Of a DNA stretch of 64,000 nt, positions 9,522 through 18,423 are shown one piece after another. Source of the DNA: Gammaproteobacteria bacterium (GTDB lineage Bacteria; Pseudomonadota; Gammaproteobacteria; Steroidobacterales; Steroidobacteraceae). The notes beneath the pieces are model-generated. The model had not been told where the DNA came from. It ran no database searches and saw only the letters and a list, made by a program, of their open reading frames with translations. The position numbers were made by a program, and so were the translations under genes. Positions within the stretch are counted from its first letter, which is position 1. Every line of letters begins with the position of its first letter. Location: NCBI GenBank assembly GCA_003134045.1, contig PLAH01000125.1, forward strand, positions 31,828 to 95,827. The letters are read 5' to 3'.

Positions 9522-11792
9522 CTACGGCGTCGCGATCGCACGGTCCAACCTTTCACTGTAAGCGTTCAGTGAGTGCGCGACCACCCCAATATATCGATTT
9601 GCCTCGCTCCAACGGCGCTCCTCGAGCGCTTCGCGGATGCCCGGGAGGGTTTTGACGCCGTAACCAGTGTGCAATCCGGGCGCGTACAGCATGTGCCGGT
9701 ACCACTCGCGCCCCGGCAACCCTCGAGGATCGGTCAGGGCCTGCTCGAGCCCCCCTAAGGCTGCGTTGAGCCGCAGACGCGCCGCATTCGCGGGACCCCC
9801 CGCCATGGCGACCCGGGCATACGCCGCGTCGAACCCCGCGGCGCTCGTTTTGAGGCGCGCGACGGCGGCGTCGAGCGGCGCAAAGTCCAGATTGGGAACC
9901 TCATCCGCACGCGCGGGCGCCGCACGCGGTTGGCGCGGATCCTCCGCGAATCGATAGGAGCCGTCGTCCAGCAACGTATCGAGTTCGCGGCTCTTCTCGC
10001 GCATCCCGTCGATGAGCTTGTGCACTTCATCGTCGTAGGCGGCCACGGAATCGGCGAAATCACCTTGCGCTGTCGGCAGCAGGTCCGCTTGCGCCGCGCG
10101 CAGCACGATCCGACCCACCACCTGCGCCAGGGCCACGCCATATTGGAAGGTGGGATCCACGAAGCGGCGAAAATGATCGAACGAATCGTAGGCCGAATGA
10201 TAAACGCCGTACTCGGCCTCGCCGTGAAACTCGACGTTCAATGAACTCACGCCCAAATGCTGCAAAAAGGGCGTGAAGTCGGACCCCGAGCCGAGCGCGC
10301 CCAACGGCACATCGCCGCCGGTGTCGAAGGCGCGGCCGGCTTCATACGCCGCGACGCGCCGCACCGCGACGGCGCGCGTGCGCACCGATCCAGCGGTTTC
10401 CGGATCCTGCACGTCGCGCGCAGCTTGATTGACGAACTGCTGCAAGCTGTGGCTGCCCTGCACGTCCAGCGTGCCGCGGCTGTTCATGTCGGAATTGATG
10501 TAAAGCGCCGCCTTCGCCTGCAGTTCGGCGGCGTGGGCTTCCACCCACTCGGTCGACCCGAGGAGGCCTGGCTCCTCGCCGTCCCAGCTCGCGTACACCA
10601 ACGTGCGGCGCGGTCTCCAGCCTTCTTTGGCAAGCTTGCCGATGGCTTTCGCCTCGGCCATCAGCGCGACGTGGCCGGAAAACGGATCGGCCGCGCCGAA
10701 CACCCAGGCATCGTGATGATTGCCGCGGACGATCCAGCGGTCCGGCTCCTCCGAGCCGCGAATTTTCGCGATGACATCGTAGATTGGCTTCTGCTGCCAG
10801 TCGGACTGCACCTTCAAATGCACCCGCGCCGGGCCGGGGCCCAGGTGGTAGGCAAGCGGCAGACCGCCGCGCCAGGCGGGGGGCGCCACCCGGCCGCCCA
10901 ACGCCGCGAGCAGCGGCCCCGCGTCGGCGTAGGAAATCGGCAGCACCGGAATCTTTAAAATGGTGATGGCATCCTGCAGCGCCAGCCGTTTGGCACCCGC
11001 CGTCGAGCCGATACCCGGGGTCAACGGGTCGCCGCTGTACAGCGTCAAATCCTGCACCGAACCGCGCTGCACACCGTCGGGCGGACGGTAGCCCCCCCGC
11101 GGATAGGTATCGCCGGCGCCGTAGCCATCGTCCCGCGGATCCGAATAGATCAGGCAACCGATGGCGCCGTGCTCGTAGGCCAGCTTGGGCTTGAGCCCCC
11201 GCCAGCCGCCGCCGTAGCGTGCGAGCACGATGCGGCCTTTGACGCTGACGCCCAGGGCGTCGAGTTCCTTGTAGTCGTCGGGCATCCCCTGATTGACGTA
11301 GACGAGTTCCGCCGTCACGTCGCCGTCCGCGCCATACACGTTGTAGGGCGGCAGTTCGTCCGCGACTTGGGCGGACGTGGCATCGCCGTCGACCGGGGGT
11401 TCGCGCAATGTCGCGATGAATCGGCCGGGAGCGACCAGCTCCACGATTTCCTCGCGAGGCGTCGGGTAGAGCACCGAGAACTGCTCGATCGAGGCATCCC
11501 AGCCCCATTCGCGAAATTTCTGCAGGATGAATTCGGCGTTGGCCTTATCGTGCGCGCTGCCGACGTGATTCGGAGCGGCCGATAATTGCTGCATCCAAGC
11601 CCGCAGATCCGCCGCGGACAGCGCGGCGTCGAAGCGCTGTTCCAATCGCTGCTGCAGCGCCGCGGTGCGCGCTGAGAATCCCTGCAGATCGGCGACGCCG
11701 GGGGTGCCGGGGACGGCAGCTACGGCCAGCGCGAGCGGTGCGATCAAGCCCATCAACAGCGCGCCTCGATGACGCTTCAGAGCCGCTAACAT
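9522..11792 (-). CDS. M28-family zinc peptidase with PA and transferrin-receptor-like dimerisation domains (NAALADase/PSMA-like)
   Basis: Track ORF 756 aa. Signal peptide. RGNHHDAWVFGAADP and SWDGEEPGLLGSTEWVE zinc-ligand motifs. C-terminal PGREWYRHMLYAPG... dimerisation-domain signature. Confidence 0.85.
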   Translation of the reverse strand: MLAALKRHRGALLMGLIAPLALAVAAVPGTPGVADLQGFSARTAALQQRLEQRFDAALSAADLRAWMQQLSAAPNHVGSAHDKANAEFILQKFREWGWDASIEQFSVLYPTPREEIVELVAPGRFIATLREPPVDGDATSAQVADELPPYNVYGADGDVTAELVYVNQGMPDDYKELDALGVSVKGRIVLARYGGGWRGLKPKLAYEHGAIGCLIYSDPRDDGYGAGDTYPRGGYRPPDGVQRGSVQDLTLYSGDPLTPGIGSTAGAKRLALQDAITILKIPVLPISYADAGPLLAALGGRVAPPAWRGGLPLAYHLGPGPARVHLKVQSDWQQKPIYDVIAKIRGSEEPDRWIVRGNHHDAWVFGAADPFSGHVALMAEAKAIGKLAKEGWRPRRTLVYASWDGEEPGLLGSTEWVEAHAAELQAKAALYINSDMNSRGTLDVQGSHSLQQFVNQAARDVQDPETAGSVRTRAVAVRRVAAYEAGRAFDTGGDVPLGALGSGSDFTPFLQHLGVSSLNVEFHGEAEYGVYHSAYDSFDHFRRFVDPTFQYGVALAQVVGRIVLRAAQADLLPTAQGDFADSVAAYDDEVHKLIDGMREKSRELDTLLDDGSYRFAEDPRQPRAAPARADEVPNLDFAPLDAAVARLKTSAAGFDAAYARVAMAGGPANAARLRLNAALGGLEQALTDPRGLPGREWYRHMLYAPGLHTGYGVKTLPGIREALEERRWSEANRYIGVVAHSLNAYSERLDRAIATP

Positions 11793-11814
11793 GCGTCCTC
11801 GTCTCCTTCAATCT

Positions 11815-12597
11815 TCAATCGCGGATGCCGGTGCCCCTGTTCAGCAAGGTGACGGCCAGCGCGAACATGACGATCACCGCCGACACCATGATCCCGTAGG
11901 CCAGCCGCAGATCGACGTCCGACGTGCCGAGAAAGCCGTAACGGAATGCGCTCACCATGTACAGAATGGGATTCAGGTGCGACACGGCCAACGCCCACGG
12001 CGGCAGCATCTTGATCGAATAGAACACGCCGCCGAGATAGGTGAGCGGCGCGAGCACGAAGGTCGGAAACCAGGATATCTGGTCGAAATTCTTGGCGAAC
12101 AGCGCGTTGACGAACCCGCCCAGCGCAAACACGATGCTGGTCAGCAGCACCGCCGACAGCACCGCGAAGACATGCGTCACGGTAAAATGCGTGAAGCAGA
12201 AAGCGACGACGGTGACCACCGAGCCCACCAAGAGGCCGCGCAGCACGCCGCCGGCGACGTAGCCCGTCAGGATCAGCCAGTTCGGCATCGGCGATACCAG
12301 GAGTTCCTCGAGATGCTTGCCGAACTTGGCGCCGAAAAAAGACGACACCACGTTGCCGTACGAATTGGTGATGACCGTCATCATGATGAGGCCGGGGGCG
12401 ATGAACTGCATGTAATCGTAACCGCCGACCTGACCCACCCGCTTGCCGATCAAGCTGCCGAAAATGACGAAGTAGAGCGTCGCAGTCACCACCGGCGGCA
12501 CGATGGTCTGGCCCCAGATGCGGACGATGCGATTGAACTCGCGAATGATGATGGTCGAGAATCCGACCCATTCGGCGCGCGCGCGCGAGGCAGCCAC
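11815..12597 (-). CDS. ABC-2 type transporter permease (YadH-like)
   Basis: Track ORF 260 aa, six hydrophobic segments, directly downstream of the ATPase gene. Confidence 0.85.
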   Translation of the reverse strand: MAASRARAEWVGFSTIIIREFNRIVRIWGQTIVPPVVTATLYFVIFGSLIGKRVGQVGGYDYMQFIAPGLIMMTVITNSYGNVVSSFFGAKFGKHLEELLVSPMPNWLILTGYVAGGVLRGLLVGSVVTVVAFCFTHFTVTHVFAVLSAVLLTSIVFALGGFVNALFAKNFDQISWFPTFVLAPLTYLGGVFYSIKMLPPWALAVSHLNPILYMVSAFRYGFLGTSDVDLRLAYGIMVSAVIVMFALAVTLLNRGTGIRD

Positions 12598-12600
12598 GCC

Positions 12601-13536
12601 TCAGGAACCTTGGGCCGCAGCGCGAGCGCTGACATCGACCAGGCGGATGAACAGCTCTTCGAGCCGGTTGACCTTGTTGCGCATGCTGTTCACGACGATG
12701 CCCTGCGTCGATAGCTGCGCGAAAATATCGTTCAAATTCTGCCCCTTGGAGACTTCCACCTCGAGCGTATGCGGGTCGGGAAGCGTCGTTCGGAATCCTT
12801 CGAGCCGCGGCGCCGCGGCGAGGGATTCGCTCAGGTTGAACACGAAGATCTCCGTCTGCAGCTTGCGCAGCACATTCGCCATGGTGTCGCGCTCGATGAT
12901 GCGCCCGCCCTCGATGATGGCGACGTTGCGGCACAAGCTCTCGGCTTCTTCCAGGTAATGGGTGGTCAAGATGATGGTCGTACCGCGCTCGTTGATGTCG
13001 CGCAGGAATTCCCACATCGAGCGGCGGATCTCGATGTCGACGCCGGCGGTCGGTTCGTCCAGGATCAGGAGCTTGGGCTCGTGCATCAAGGCCCGGGCGA
13101 TCATGAGCCGGCGCTTCATGCCGCCGGACAGGGAACGCGCGATCGAGTTTCGGCGGTCCCACAATTGCAGCTGCTTCAAGTACTTCTCCGCGCGTTGCTT
13201 GGCGAGCGGCCGCGGAATGCCGTAGAAGCCGGCTTGATTGACGACGATGGTGAAAACCGACTCGAACATGTTGAAATTCATTTCCTGCGGCACCACGCCG
13301 ATACAGGATTTGGCCGTCTCGAGTTCCCGATCGATGTCGTGCCCAAAGACCTCGACGACGCCGCTGGTCTTGTTGACCAAGGACGTTACGATGCCGATGG
13401 CGGTGGTCTTGCCCGCGCCGTTCGGTCCCAGCAGCGCAAAAAAATCGCCTTCCGCCACCTCGAGATCGATCCCTTTGAGCGCTGTGATGCCGTTTTTGTA
13501 GATCTTGGTGAGCTGGCGGAGGACGAGGGCTTGCAT
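12601..13536 (-). CDS. ABC transporter ATP-binding protein (YadG-like)
   Basis: Track ORF 311 aa. Walker A GPNGAGKTT, signature LSGGMKRRL, Walker B LLILDEPT. Confidence 0.9.
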   Translation of the reverse strand: MQALVLRQLTKIYKNGITALKGIDLEVAEGDFFALLGPNGAGKTTAIGIVTSLVNKTSGVVEVFGHDIDRELETAKSCIGVVPQEMNFNMFESVFTIVVNQAGFYGIPRPLAKQRAEKYLKQLQLWDRRNSIARSLSGGMKRRLMIARALMHEPKLLILDEPTAGVDIEIRRSMWEFLRDINERGTTIILTTHYLEEAESLCRNVAIIEGGRIIERDTMANVLRKLQTEIFVFNLSESLAAAPRLEGFRTTLPDPHTLEVEVSKGQNLNDIFAQLSTQGIVVNSMRNKVNRLEELFIRLVDVSARAAAQGS

Positions 13537-13591
13537 AGGAGCCGCGTAGCCTAAACCTCGCGAGGCTCCGCCCGCAACTCGAAGGCCGCCG

Positions 13592-14212
13592 CTAGCCCAA
13601 ATGCGCCGCCGCCGTCAATTGCAGTCCCTGCAGCTGCGCCCTGCGCAGCTGCGCCGAGTTCGAGCGGGTGGCGGCGCGCGTCAGGGCGCTCCAGTAAGTC
13701 GGGCAATCGCTCCATCTCGCGGACAGATGGGCGGCTTCGGTGGCTGCCAAACCGGCCAGACAGTCGATGGTCAGCGCGCGAAACGCGGCCACCGTCACGT
13801 CGTTCATACCGAGCAACAAGCGCGCCGCGAGTTTGTCGACGGATGCCACGTGCCAGGCGAAGAACAGGGCCATACGCGCGAAATCGACCCTGGTGTCGTC
13901 GAGCGGCGGCGCGTCGGCAACGTTCCACGAGGAATCCGGATGCAACCGCGTCCGCCAATGCGAATCGTCGTGAAACTTAAGGTCGAACAGGGCGTAGGGG
14001 CAGTTCGCGGCCGATTTTTTCTGGGCCGGCGTCAGCGGCGCGATCCGCAACTGAACGTCAGGCGGCAATCTCGCGAATCCGCACGAATTCCAAGCGCGCG
14101 GCGCGGCGCCGATCAAGTCGAGAAATCGATGGTTCAGTCCGCGCACCGATTCGAGCATTGCGGCGGAAACGTGCGACTCGCGCGCCCACCTTTTGACGTT
14201 AGCTTCCTGCAT
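13592..14212 (-). CDS. Hypothetical protein containing two tandem FlhD-like repeats
   Basis: Track ORF 13592..14272 trimmed to ATG at complement 14210-14212 (GGGAGG upstream). Both halves align by eye to the E. coli FlhD core ([35 protein letters not shown]). Repeat 1 is GFARLPPDVQLRIAPLTPAQKKSAANCPYALFDLKFHD. Repeat 2 is DKLAARLLLGMNDVTVAAFRALTIDCLAGLAATEAAHLSARWSD. Confidence 0.6.
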   Translation of the reverse strand: MQEANVKRWARESHVSAAMLESVRGLNHRFLDLIGAAPRAWNSCGFARLPPDVQLRIAPLTPAQKKSAANCPYALFDLKFHDDSHWRTRLHPDSSWNVADAPPLDDTRVDFARMALFFAWHVASVDKLAARLLLGMNDVTVAAFRALTIDCLAGLAATEAAHLSARWSDCPTYWSALTRAATRSNSAQLRRAQLQGLQLTAAAHLG

Positions 14213-14387
14213 AACCGCCTCCCATGGCGACCCGTGTCTCTCGGATTCGAGGTTCCGTGCATTCCTTGGCAAATGCGGCGTTAATTGCCCGCTACCCTCT
14301 TGGCAAGTACGCTAACTTTGTGATTAATTTCTGTCAAATTATTTTGTGCCCGAAAACACGCGAATTGCATAGGAAAAGGAGTTCACC

Positions 14388-14975
14388 ATGCGAGTGTCAG
14401 ACGACCGATACACCCGGGAGCGCGAGCGCCTGGATCTTGCGCTGCGTTTCATCCGCCACGAGGCGCGCACCTTCACCATTCGGCAGTGGACCGGGCTCAG
14501 CGACGATCGAATCCGCAAGCTCTACCGCACCTACGTCCTGGAGACCGATGCCCAACAGGTGCACCGGCACCGCGGCAAATCGCCGCGTCAGGCGGCGTTC
14601 TTCTTCAAGAACCCGGAACTGAATTTCCAGGCCGCGCAGTTGGCAAGCTTGTTCGTGGTTTACGGTTTGCTCTGCGGTTCGGATGGCGGGGTCAAATCGC
14701 GCTATCGGGTCGGCTCCCTCGAGTCCGGCACCCTGCTTTGCCAGGTCTACGAATCGTATCTCGAACTGCATGCGCCGGTGAGCATCTCCTTCGAACACGC
14801 CTGGTTCTTGCTGCTGGCGCTATCGCGGCACGATGAATTGAGCGTGGCACCCTGCAGCGTCTGCGGCGGCGTGCGCCTGCGCGATCTGCTGTCGACGCGG
14901 CGGTTCGACTGCAGCAACTGCGCATCGGCCGCGGCCGCCGCGCGGGAATTCAGCGAAGGCGCCGCGCCCTGCTAG
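14388..14975 (+). CDS. FlhC-family transcriptional activator-like protein
   Basis: Track ORF 195 aa, AAGGAG 6 nt upstream. LDLALRFIRHEARTFTIRQWTGLSDDRIRKLYRTY, YESYLE, and SFEHAWFLLLALSRHDELSVAPCSVCGG...FDCSNC parallel E. coli FlhC, including the four zinc-site Cys. Confidence 0.75.
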   Translation: MRVSDDRYTRERERLDLALRFIRHEARTFTIRQWTGLSDDRIRKLYRTYVLETDAQQVHRHRGKSPRQAAFFFKNPELNFQAAQLASLFVVYGLLCGSDGGVKSRYRVGSLESGTLLCQVYESYLELHAPVSISFEHAWFLLLALSRHDELSVAPCSVCGGVRLRDLLSTRRFDCSNCASAAAAAREFSEGAAPC

Positions 14976-14985
14976 AATCCGGCGC

Positions 14986-15930
14986 ATGCAGAAAAGGAAC
15001 GTCTTCGCCGGTCCTTACTTGGATCGCGCCGCTCATTTGCGCCAGGACGCGGAATGGTTTGCCGATGCGCTCGCGGACGCCAACAGCCGGGTGATCCCGG
15101 TCTGGAATTCGCGCAGCCTGGTCTACGAGGGCGACGACCCGCGGGCAGCGTTCATCGCGCTGGGCGACGTACCGCCGGAGCGGCGGGCCTTGAGCGACCT
15201 GATCCTGTTGGGACGCATCGACACCACGAGTTTCTTTGCCTATGAACTCGACGGCCTCGATGCGCCGCAGCTGTTGCCGGGCGCGCGTTTCGAGGACCTG
15301 CGGCTCGTGGCCTCGCTGCTGCCGCCCGAGGAGGCGGGACTGCTGGGCTACGCGCGCGCGCTGGTTTCGTGGCGGCGGCGGCATCGCTACTGCGGGACGT
15401 GCGGGGCGACGACGGTGCCGGTCAAAGGCGGCCACGTGCTCGTGTGCACCAATCCCGCATGCCGCCACGAACAGTTTCCGCGTCTCGACCCCGCCATCAT
15501 CGTGCTGGTCAGCGACGGCGATCGAGCGCTGCTCGGGCGCCAAGCCTCATGGCCCGTGGGCCGCTACTCCACCATCGCCGGTTTCGTCGAGCCCGGCGAG
15601 TCGCTCGAGGATGCGGTGGCGCGCGAAGTGCTGGAGGAAACCGGCGTGGTGGTGGATTCGATCGAATATCACTCCTCGCAGCCGTGGCCGTTTCCGGCAT
15701 CGCTGATGCTGGGATTCACCGCCCACGCGGTCACGCACGAGATACGGCGGCGCGACGAGGAACTCGAAGATGCCCAATGGTTTACCCGAGCGGACATTGC
15801 GGGCGGGGTGCCGTTGCTGCCGCCCAGGCAGTCCATTTCCTTCAGTTTGATCGAGCATTGGTTCGACGCCGGAAGCGACCGCCCCTTGAGCGATTTTCAC
15901 GGCACCACGTCCTGGCCGCCGCCGCGCTAG
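14986..15930 (+). CDS. nudC: NAD+ diphosphatase (NADH pyrophosphatase), Nudix family
   Basis: Track ORF 314 aa. Zinc ribbon YCGTCG...CTNPAC, Nudix box GFVEPGESLEDAVAREVLEETGV, SQPWPFPAS motif. Confidence 0.9.
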   Translation: MQKRNVFAGPYLDRAAHLRQDAEWFADALADANSRVIPVWNSRSLVYEGDDPRAAFIALGDVPPERRALSDLILLGRIDTTSFFAYELDGLDAPQLLPGARFEDLRLVASLLPPEEAGLLGYARALVSWRRRHRYCGTCGATTVPVKGGHVLVCTNPACRHEQFPRLDPAIIVLVSDGDRALLGRQASWPVGRYSTIAGFVEPGESLEDAVAREVLEETGVVVDSIEYHSSQPWPFPASLMLGFTAHAVTHEIRRRDEELEDAQWFTRADIAGGVPLLPPRQSISFSLIEHWFDAGSDRPLSDFHGTTSWPPPR

Positions 15931-15954
15931 TACTCGGAAGCCTCGCCCCTTTGG

Positions 15955-16071
15955 GTGCGACGCATGCGTCGCACGGGTGGCCATGCAAGGCCACCCCGGG
16001 CTTGCGCGTAGCAGGGATTGCGTAGCGCAATGCGCCGCAAGCGGCGTTCAATTCGGCCGGGAGGCCGAATT
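15955..16071. repeat. Cluster of five consecutive GC-rich palindromes/hairpins in a convergent intergenic region
   Basis: Read directly. GTGCGACGCATGCGTCGCAC (15955-15974, perfect 20-bp palindrome). GGGTGGCC-atgcaa-GGCCACCC (15975-15996). ATTGCG-tag-CGCAAT (16017-16031). CGCCGC-aa-GCGGCG (16033-16046). AATTCGGCC-ggga-GGCCGAATT (16050-16071, abutting the stop of the minus-strand lipoprotein gene). Confidence 0.7.
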
Positions 16072-16393
16072 AGTCGCCGCGCGCCCAGTGGCCGGGCTTC
16101 ATCCGCCATCCATCGCCCTGCCTGACCCATTGATCGGGAACCCAGTGACGCCCTGGACGACCGGCGGCCCAATGACCGGGCACCCACTCATGGCGATCGC
16201 CGACCCAGCCCCAGTAGCCGCTCAACCACACTTGGCCGGGCACCGGGGCGACGCCGACGATCTCTTCGCGGGGCGGCGGCGGCGCGACCAGCACCACGCC
16301 GCCCGCGTAATGGCGCTGGTCCGGAACGATGACGCAGGCGCTCAACGTCACGGCGGCGAACACGCATAGAGCCCGGCGGAGAAATGTCGGCAT
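16070..16393 (-). CDS. Small lipoprotein with Trp-rich YxWGxW-type repeats
   Basis: Track ORF 16070..16495 trimmed to ATG at complement 16391-16393, giving MPTFLRRALCVFAAVTLSAC (lipobox). Repeats WLSGYWGWVGDRHEWVPGHW / HWVPDQWVRQGDGW. Confidence 0.6.
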   Translation of the reverse strand: MPTFLRRALCVFAAVTLSACVIVPDQRHYAGGVVLVAPPPPREEIVGVAPVPGQVWLSGYWGWVGDRHEWVPGHWAAGRPGRHWVPDQWVRQGDGWRMKPGHWARGD

Positions 16394-16595
16394 GATTCGA
16401 GAATAGCGCCCGGACGCCCAAATATCACCTGGCGCGGCCCGCGTCGACCATATGGACATCCCAGGCCCCCCGCTGGGCTTGCATCGATGCCGCACTGCCT
16501 AATTCCGCCGGGCAACCGCCGCCCGTGACCTGAAACGGCGCGCGCCCTCTTCAAGGGCTGGCGCGCCTCACGAGGCCGCGGGCTCGCGCTTGGGA

Positions 16596-16979
16596 CTACG
16601 CCGAGGTCTCCACACCGGAGGACAACGGCTCCGACACCGGCTCGTTCTGCAACGATTCCGGCGGCTCCGTCACGGGCGCTGCCGCAACCGGCGCGACGCT
16701 CTTCGGCCATACGACCTTTTTCTTGGCGGCCTTCTTCACGACTTTTCGAGCGGCCGGTGCCGCCTTGGCCTGCGCTTTCCTGTGCGCCGGCTTCGTCGCC
16801 TTCTTGGCGGCCTTCTTGGCGGCCTTCTTCGCGACCTTTTTCTTGCTCGACGTCTTGGACTTGCTCGACGTCTTCGTCGGGCGCGCCTTCTTCTTCAAGA
16901 CTTTGGTCTTGGTGCCTGTGCGTTTTGCTTTCGCCACAGGACGCTTCTTCGCTTTGGTCTTCTTCTTGGCCATGATCAA
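16596..16979 (-). CDS. Lys/Ala-rich histone-H1-like (AlgP-like) basic protein
   Basis: Track ORF 127 aa. MIMAKKKTKAKKRPVAKAKR...KKAAKKAAKKATKPA low-complexity basic repeats with an acidic/neutral tail. Confidence 0.7.
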   Translation of the reverse strand: MIMAKKKTKAKKRPVAKAKRTGTKTKVLKKKARPTKTSSKSKTSSKKKVAKKAAKKAAKKATKPAHRKAQAKAAPAARKVVKKAAKKKVVWPKSVAPVAAAPVTEPPESLQNEPVSEPLSSGVETSA

Positions 16980-17088
16980 TTCTCCTCGCGGTCTTACGGC
17001 TACTCTCGGTGAGAGTAGTCCCGAAAAAGTCCGCTGTCATCTGCGCGTGACGCTGGAGTCGGTCGCGCGGATTGCGTAGGCTGCTCGC

Positions 17089-17727
17089 GTGCTACCTACA
17101 GAACCCATTCGCCCGCTGCACGATGTGTGGCTGAGACCTCGACGAGTATTTCGCGAGCTGGCAACGCAACCCATCGCTGCAGTCGACTATGTGCTCGGCG
17201 CCGCACAGGGTATCGCGGGATGGCTCGCCTTGAGCCGCGCGCAAAACCTCGGGCTCACCAGCAGCGTCGCGGAGATCTTCGGCAAGGCACTGCTCATCGG
17301 ATCCTTCGCAGGAATCGCCAGTCTTTTTCTTTTTGGCGCGATCTACACGCGCCTGGGTTCTCGCGCCGGCGGCGCCGCTCGCGCCCAGGTCATGCACGTT
17401 CTCGCCTACAGCGGCGTGCCGATGGCCGCGTCCCTGATCGTCTGGGTGCTCACCGCCCTGCTCACCGGCGAAGCGACGTTCGAGCAAACGCCGCGTCCCG
17501 AAGTCGAGGGCTTCGTCGCCGTTCTCCTGCACGTGCAATTCCTCGCCTACCTGCTGCTCACGCTATGGAGCGTGGTGATTCAGGTCATGGGCCTGAGCGA
17601 GATACAAGGGGTGGTGACCCGCAAGGCCTTCGGCCTGTGGCTGCTGGGGCAGGTGATTGGACTTCTGGCGGCGTTGTTCCTGGTGATTCTGATCGCCACC
17701 CTGTTTCCGAATGCGCCGAGCAGCTGA
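17089..17727 (+). CDS. Polytopic membrane protein (Yip1-domain-like)
   Basis: Track ORF 212 aa (GTG start), five hydrophobic segments. Family call by overall pattern only. Confidence 0.55.
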   Translation: MLPTEPIRPLHDVWLRPRRVFRELATQPIAAVDYVLGAAQGIAGWLALSRAQNLGLTSSVAEIFGKALLIGSFAGIASLFLFGAIYTRLGSRAGGAARAQVMHVLAYSGVPMAASLIVWVLTALLTGEATFEQTPRPEVEGFVAVLLHVQFLAYLLLTLWSVVIQVMGLSEIQGVVTRKAFGLWLLGQVIGLLAALFLVILIATLFPNAPSS

Positions 17728-17754
17728 GCCGGACACCGCGGCTTCACGCAGGCC

Positions 17755-18366
17755 CTAGGGTTCGCCGGCCTCGAATTCCGCGGTGACCGTATTCTGTACG
17801 GCATCCGGCGTGCTACCCGCTACCGGGTTCGGTGCCCCGGCGGACGGCGCGGCGGCCGCATTCTTCTTCACGCGATTGGCGGCGGCCATCCTGCCGATGA
17901 CCGATTTGGCGACTTCCGCGGCCGACAGCAGCTTCGGAGTGCCGGGCTTGGCCGCCGCGGACGTACGGGCGGCGTTGGCGGATTTGGATTTCGCGGGCCG
18001 CGGCGTCTTCGCCTTGGCCGGTTTTGCCGCCTTGGCTGGAATTGCGGCCTTCGCGGGCGAGGTGGTCTTCACCGTCTTTGCGCGGGGCTTGGGTTTGCCG
18101 CCGGCGGCCGTGCCTGCGCGGGCCGTCTTCGCGGCAGCGGCTTGCTTGATGGCGGCCGCAGCGGCCTCGACTTTCTTGCGCGCCTGCTTCGCGGTCTTTT
18201 TCGCGGCCTTGGACAGCTTGCGAGCTTTTTTAAGGTCCGCCTTTGCGGATCGGACCAGCTGTTTCGCCGCCTCGGCACGCGCCGCGGCCTTCGCGGCATC
18301 GTCGCCCAAGCGTTGCACGGCGGAGCTGGCCGGAATTCGAGTCGCGCTTACGGGGGTAGTGGCCAC
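17755..18366 (-). CDS. Ala/Lys-rich histone-H1-like (AlgP-like) basic protein
   Basis: Track ORF 203 aa. KKARKLSKAAKKTAKQARKKVEAAAAAIKQAAAAKTA...PAKAAKPAKAKTPRPAKSK repeats. Confidence 0.7.
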   Translation of the reverse strand: MATTPVSATRIPASSAVQRLGDDAAKAAARAEAAKQLVRSAKADLKKARKLSKAAKKTAKQARKKVEAAAAAIKQAAAAKTARAGTAAGGKPKPRAKTVKTTSPAKAAIPAKAAKPAKAKTPRPAKSKSANAARTSAAAKPGTPKLLSAAEVAKSVIGRMAAANRVKKNAAAAPSAGAPNPVAGSTPDAVQNTVTAEFEAGEP

Positions 18367-18423
18367 GATGTTCGCCTTGAGTTTGATGGTGGTCGGTTAG
18401 CTTAGCGCCGGCCAAGACCCTTG

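Noticed and set aside
7405-13162. Long minus-strand track ORFs 7405..8703 (432 aa), 10342..11508 (388 aa) and 11786..13162 (458 aa)
   Set aside because: They share the strand of the real genes but run in the wrong frame. They overlap the REC-TM gene, the M28 peptidase gene and the ABC transporter genes. Their Arg/Gly/Pro-rich composition has no recognisable domain.
14299-14316. TGGCA-containing repeats that might be read as a sigma54 -24 element upstream of the FlhC-like gene
   Set aside because: The GC dinucleotide expected 10 nt after the GG (TGGCAC-N5-TTGC) is absent in both copies.
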